The notes under the pieces: model-generated
Database searches by the model: none
What the model was told of the DNA's origin: nothing
The model's input: the letters and a program-made list of their open reading frames with translations, nothing else
Source: Wallemia ichthyophaga EXF-994
Taxonomy: Eukaryota; Fungi; Basidiomycota
Direction: 5' to 3'
Assembly: GCF_000400465.1 (NCBI RefSeq)
Contig: NW_008806302.1
Span: forward strand, 30,001-62,000
Length of the DNA stretch: 32,000 nt
In this document: positions 31,103 to 32,000 of the stretch, in pieces
How positions within the stretch are numbered: position 1 is the stretch's first letter
How the letters are laid out: each line of letters begins with the position of its first letter
Translations under genes and position numbers: made by a program

Positions 31103-32000
31103 CCAAGCTTGAATTTAATCGGTATCAAATCGGTCTAACGTGACGGGAGAAGAACAAGATACGAGATAAGAGGTGAAAAAATATCGAGCATCTTATCATT
31201 TGGTGGTTTGTACATAATGTATTCTCTTCATTGTGGGACAGCAGTGCCAAATCATTGAAGACTGGAAATATTCACACATGACGACGCGAAACTACATCCG
31301 ATAGCTTCGATATTCCGTAACACCTCACGAAGCAAACAGTGAATGGGCCTAAGCCTGTCATTTGCGCTCGCTATGCTCTCCTCCCTCGTGTTCAGTCATC
31401 GGGTATAAATAATAATCAATCAATCAGGTGATAAAGGCCTCATACGCAGTAATTCTTATTTGAAGACAGACGAAGATCCAGTAGCAAGTGCCAGATACTG
31501 GACAAAATTAGAGGGGCCAGTGCTTTCGATGCTATAAGACGGGCAACACACTAGAAAAGCTACTTGATAGAAAGTCAACATCGTTAGAAGAAAGTGTAAT
31601 GAAAATTGAGACAATTCAGATACACTTGTTTTTACTTTTTGCGAATTTTTCCAGTTGACATAATAAGTTTAGAAATTTCAATACTTGTAGCTCTAAACCA
31701 TCATTTGACTGCAGTTTCTTCAATATTCACTATTTTCATTGTTCTACTATTTCTCAGACAAAGATTGTCTATCTCTAGAGCGTACAGACCTGAAACTACA
31801 ATAAGTGTAATATCTCCATCCGCGTCTGTTTAGATTCCGAACAGAATTTAGATCACCTGTAACTTACACTTGCCTATTTCCAACAAATCCTTGAATATTT
31901 TACAATAGAGTTACAAAGGCATGGCTTCTTGGAGTTATTCCCTTACCATCAATGCAGAGCAATATGATATTACAAATCGTTCAATTTTCCACAGATCTCA

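Noticed and set aside
31606-31833. Track ORF MRQFRYTCF... near the window end
   Set aside because: AT-rich with a non-ATG start and no consistent splice model; cannot be supported as a gene from this window.
1-32000. CRISPR array, prokaryotic operon or secondary-metabolite backbone gene
   Set aside because: The sequence is intron-containing eukaryotic DNA; no spacer-repeat array and no PKS/NRPS/terpene synthase motifs were seen.

Overview
Gene-dense fungal genomic DNA with many short (~41-63 nt) GT-AG introns. Basidiomycete-type proteins and the compact layout suggest a Wallemia-like genome, which is an inference. Core genes: the 5' part of scavenger decapping enzyme DCS1, three Zn2Cys6 transcription factors, a PRISE/SirQ-like SDR reductase, an RGS-domain protein, a Spo73/Mug65-like DysF protein, a peroxisomal 4-coumarate-CoA-ligase-like enzyme, an arrestin-like protein and several orphans. 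Accessory region 1 (1.9-4.5 kb): divergent tRNA-Ala(AGC) and intron-containing tRNA-Val(AAC) genes with decayed non-LTR retrotransposon pieces between them in 3'-end-then-5'-end order, followed by two long-range inverted-repeat structures. Accessory region 2 (12.2-19.3 kb): two near-identical 329-bp U2 snRNA gene units flank a pair of small secreted 8-Cys protein paralogs. One paralog appears to use three consecutive 2-, 3- and 2-nt microexons separated by mutually similar introns. The other carries TGA at a conserved Cys codon. All exon models were built by hand and need RNA-seq confirmation.
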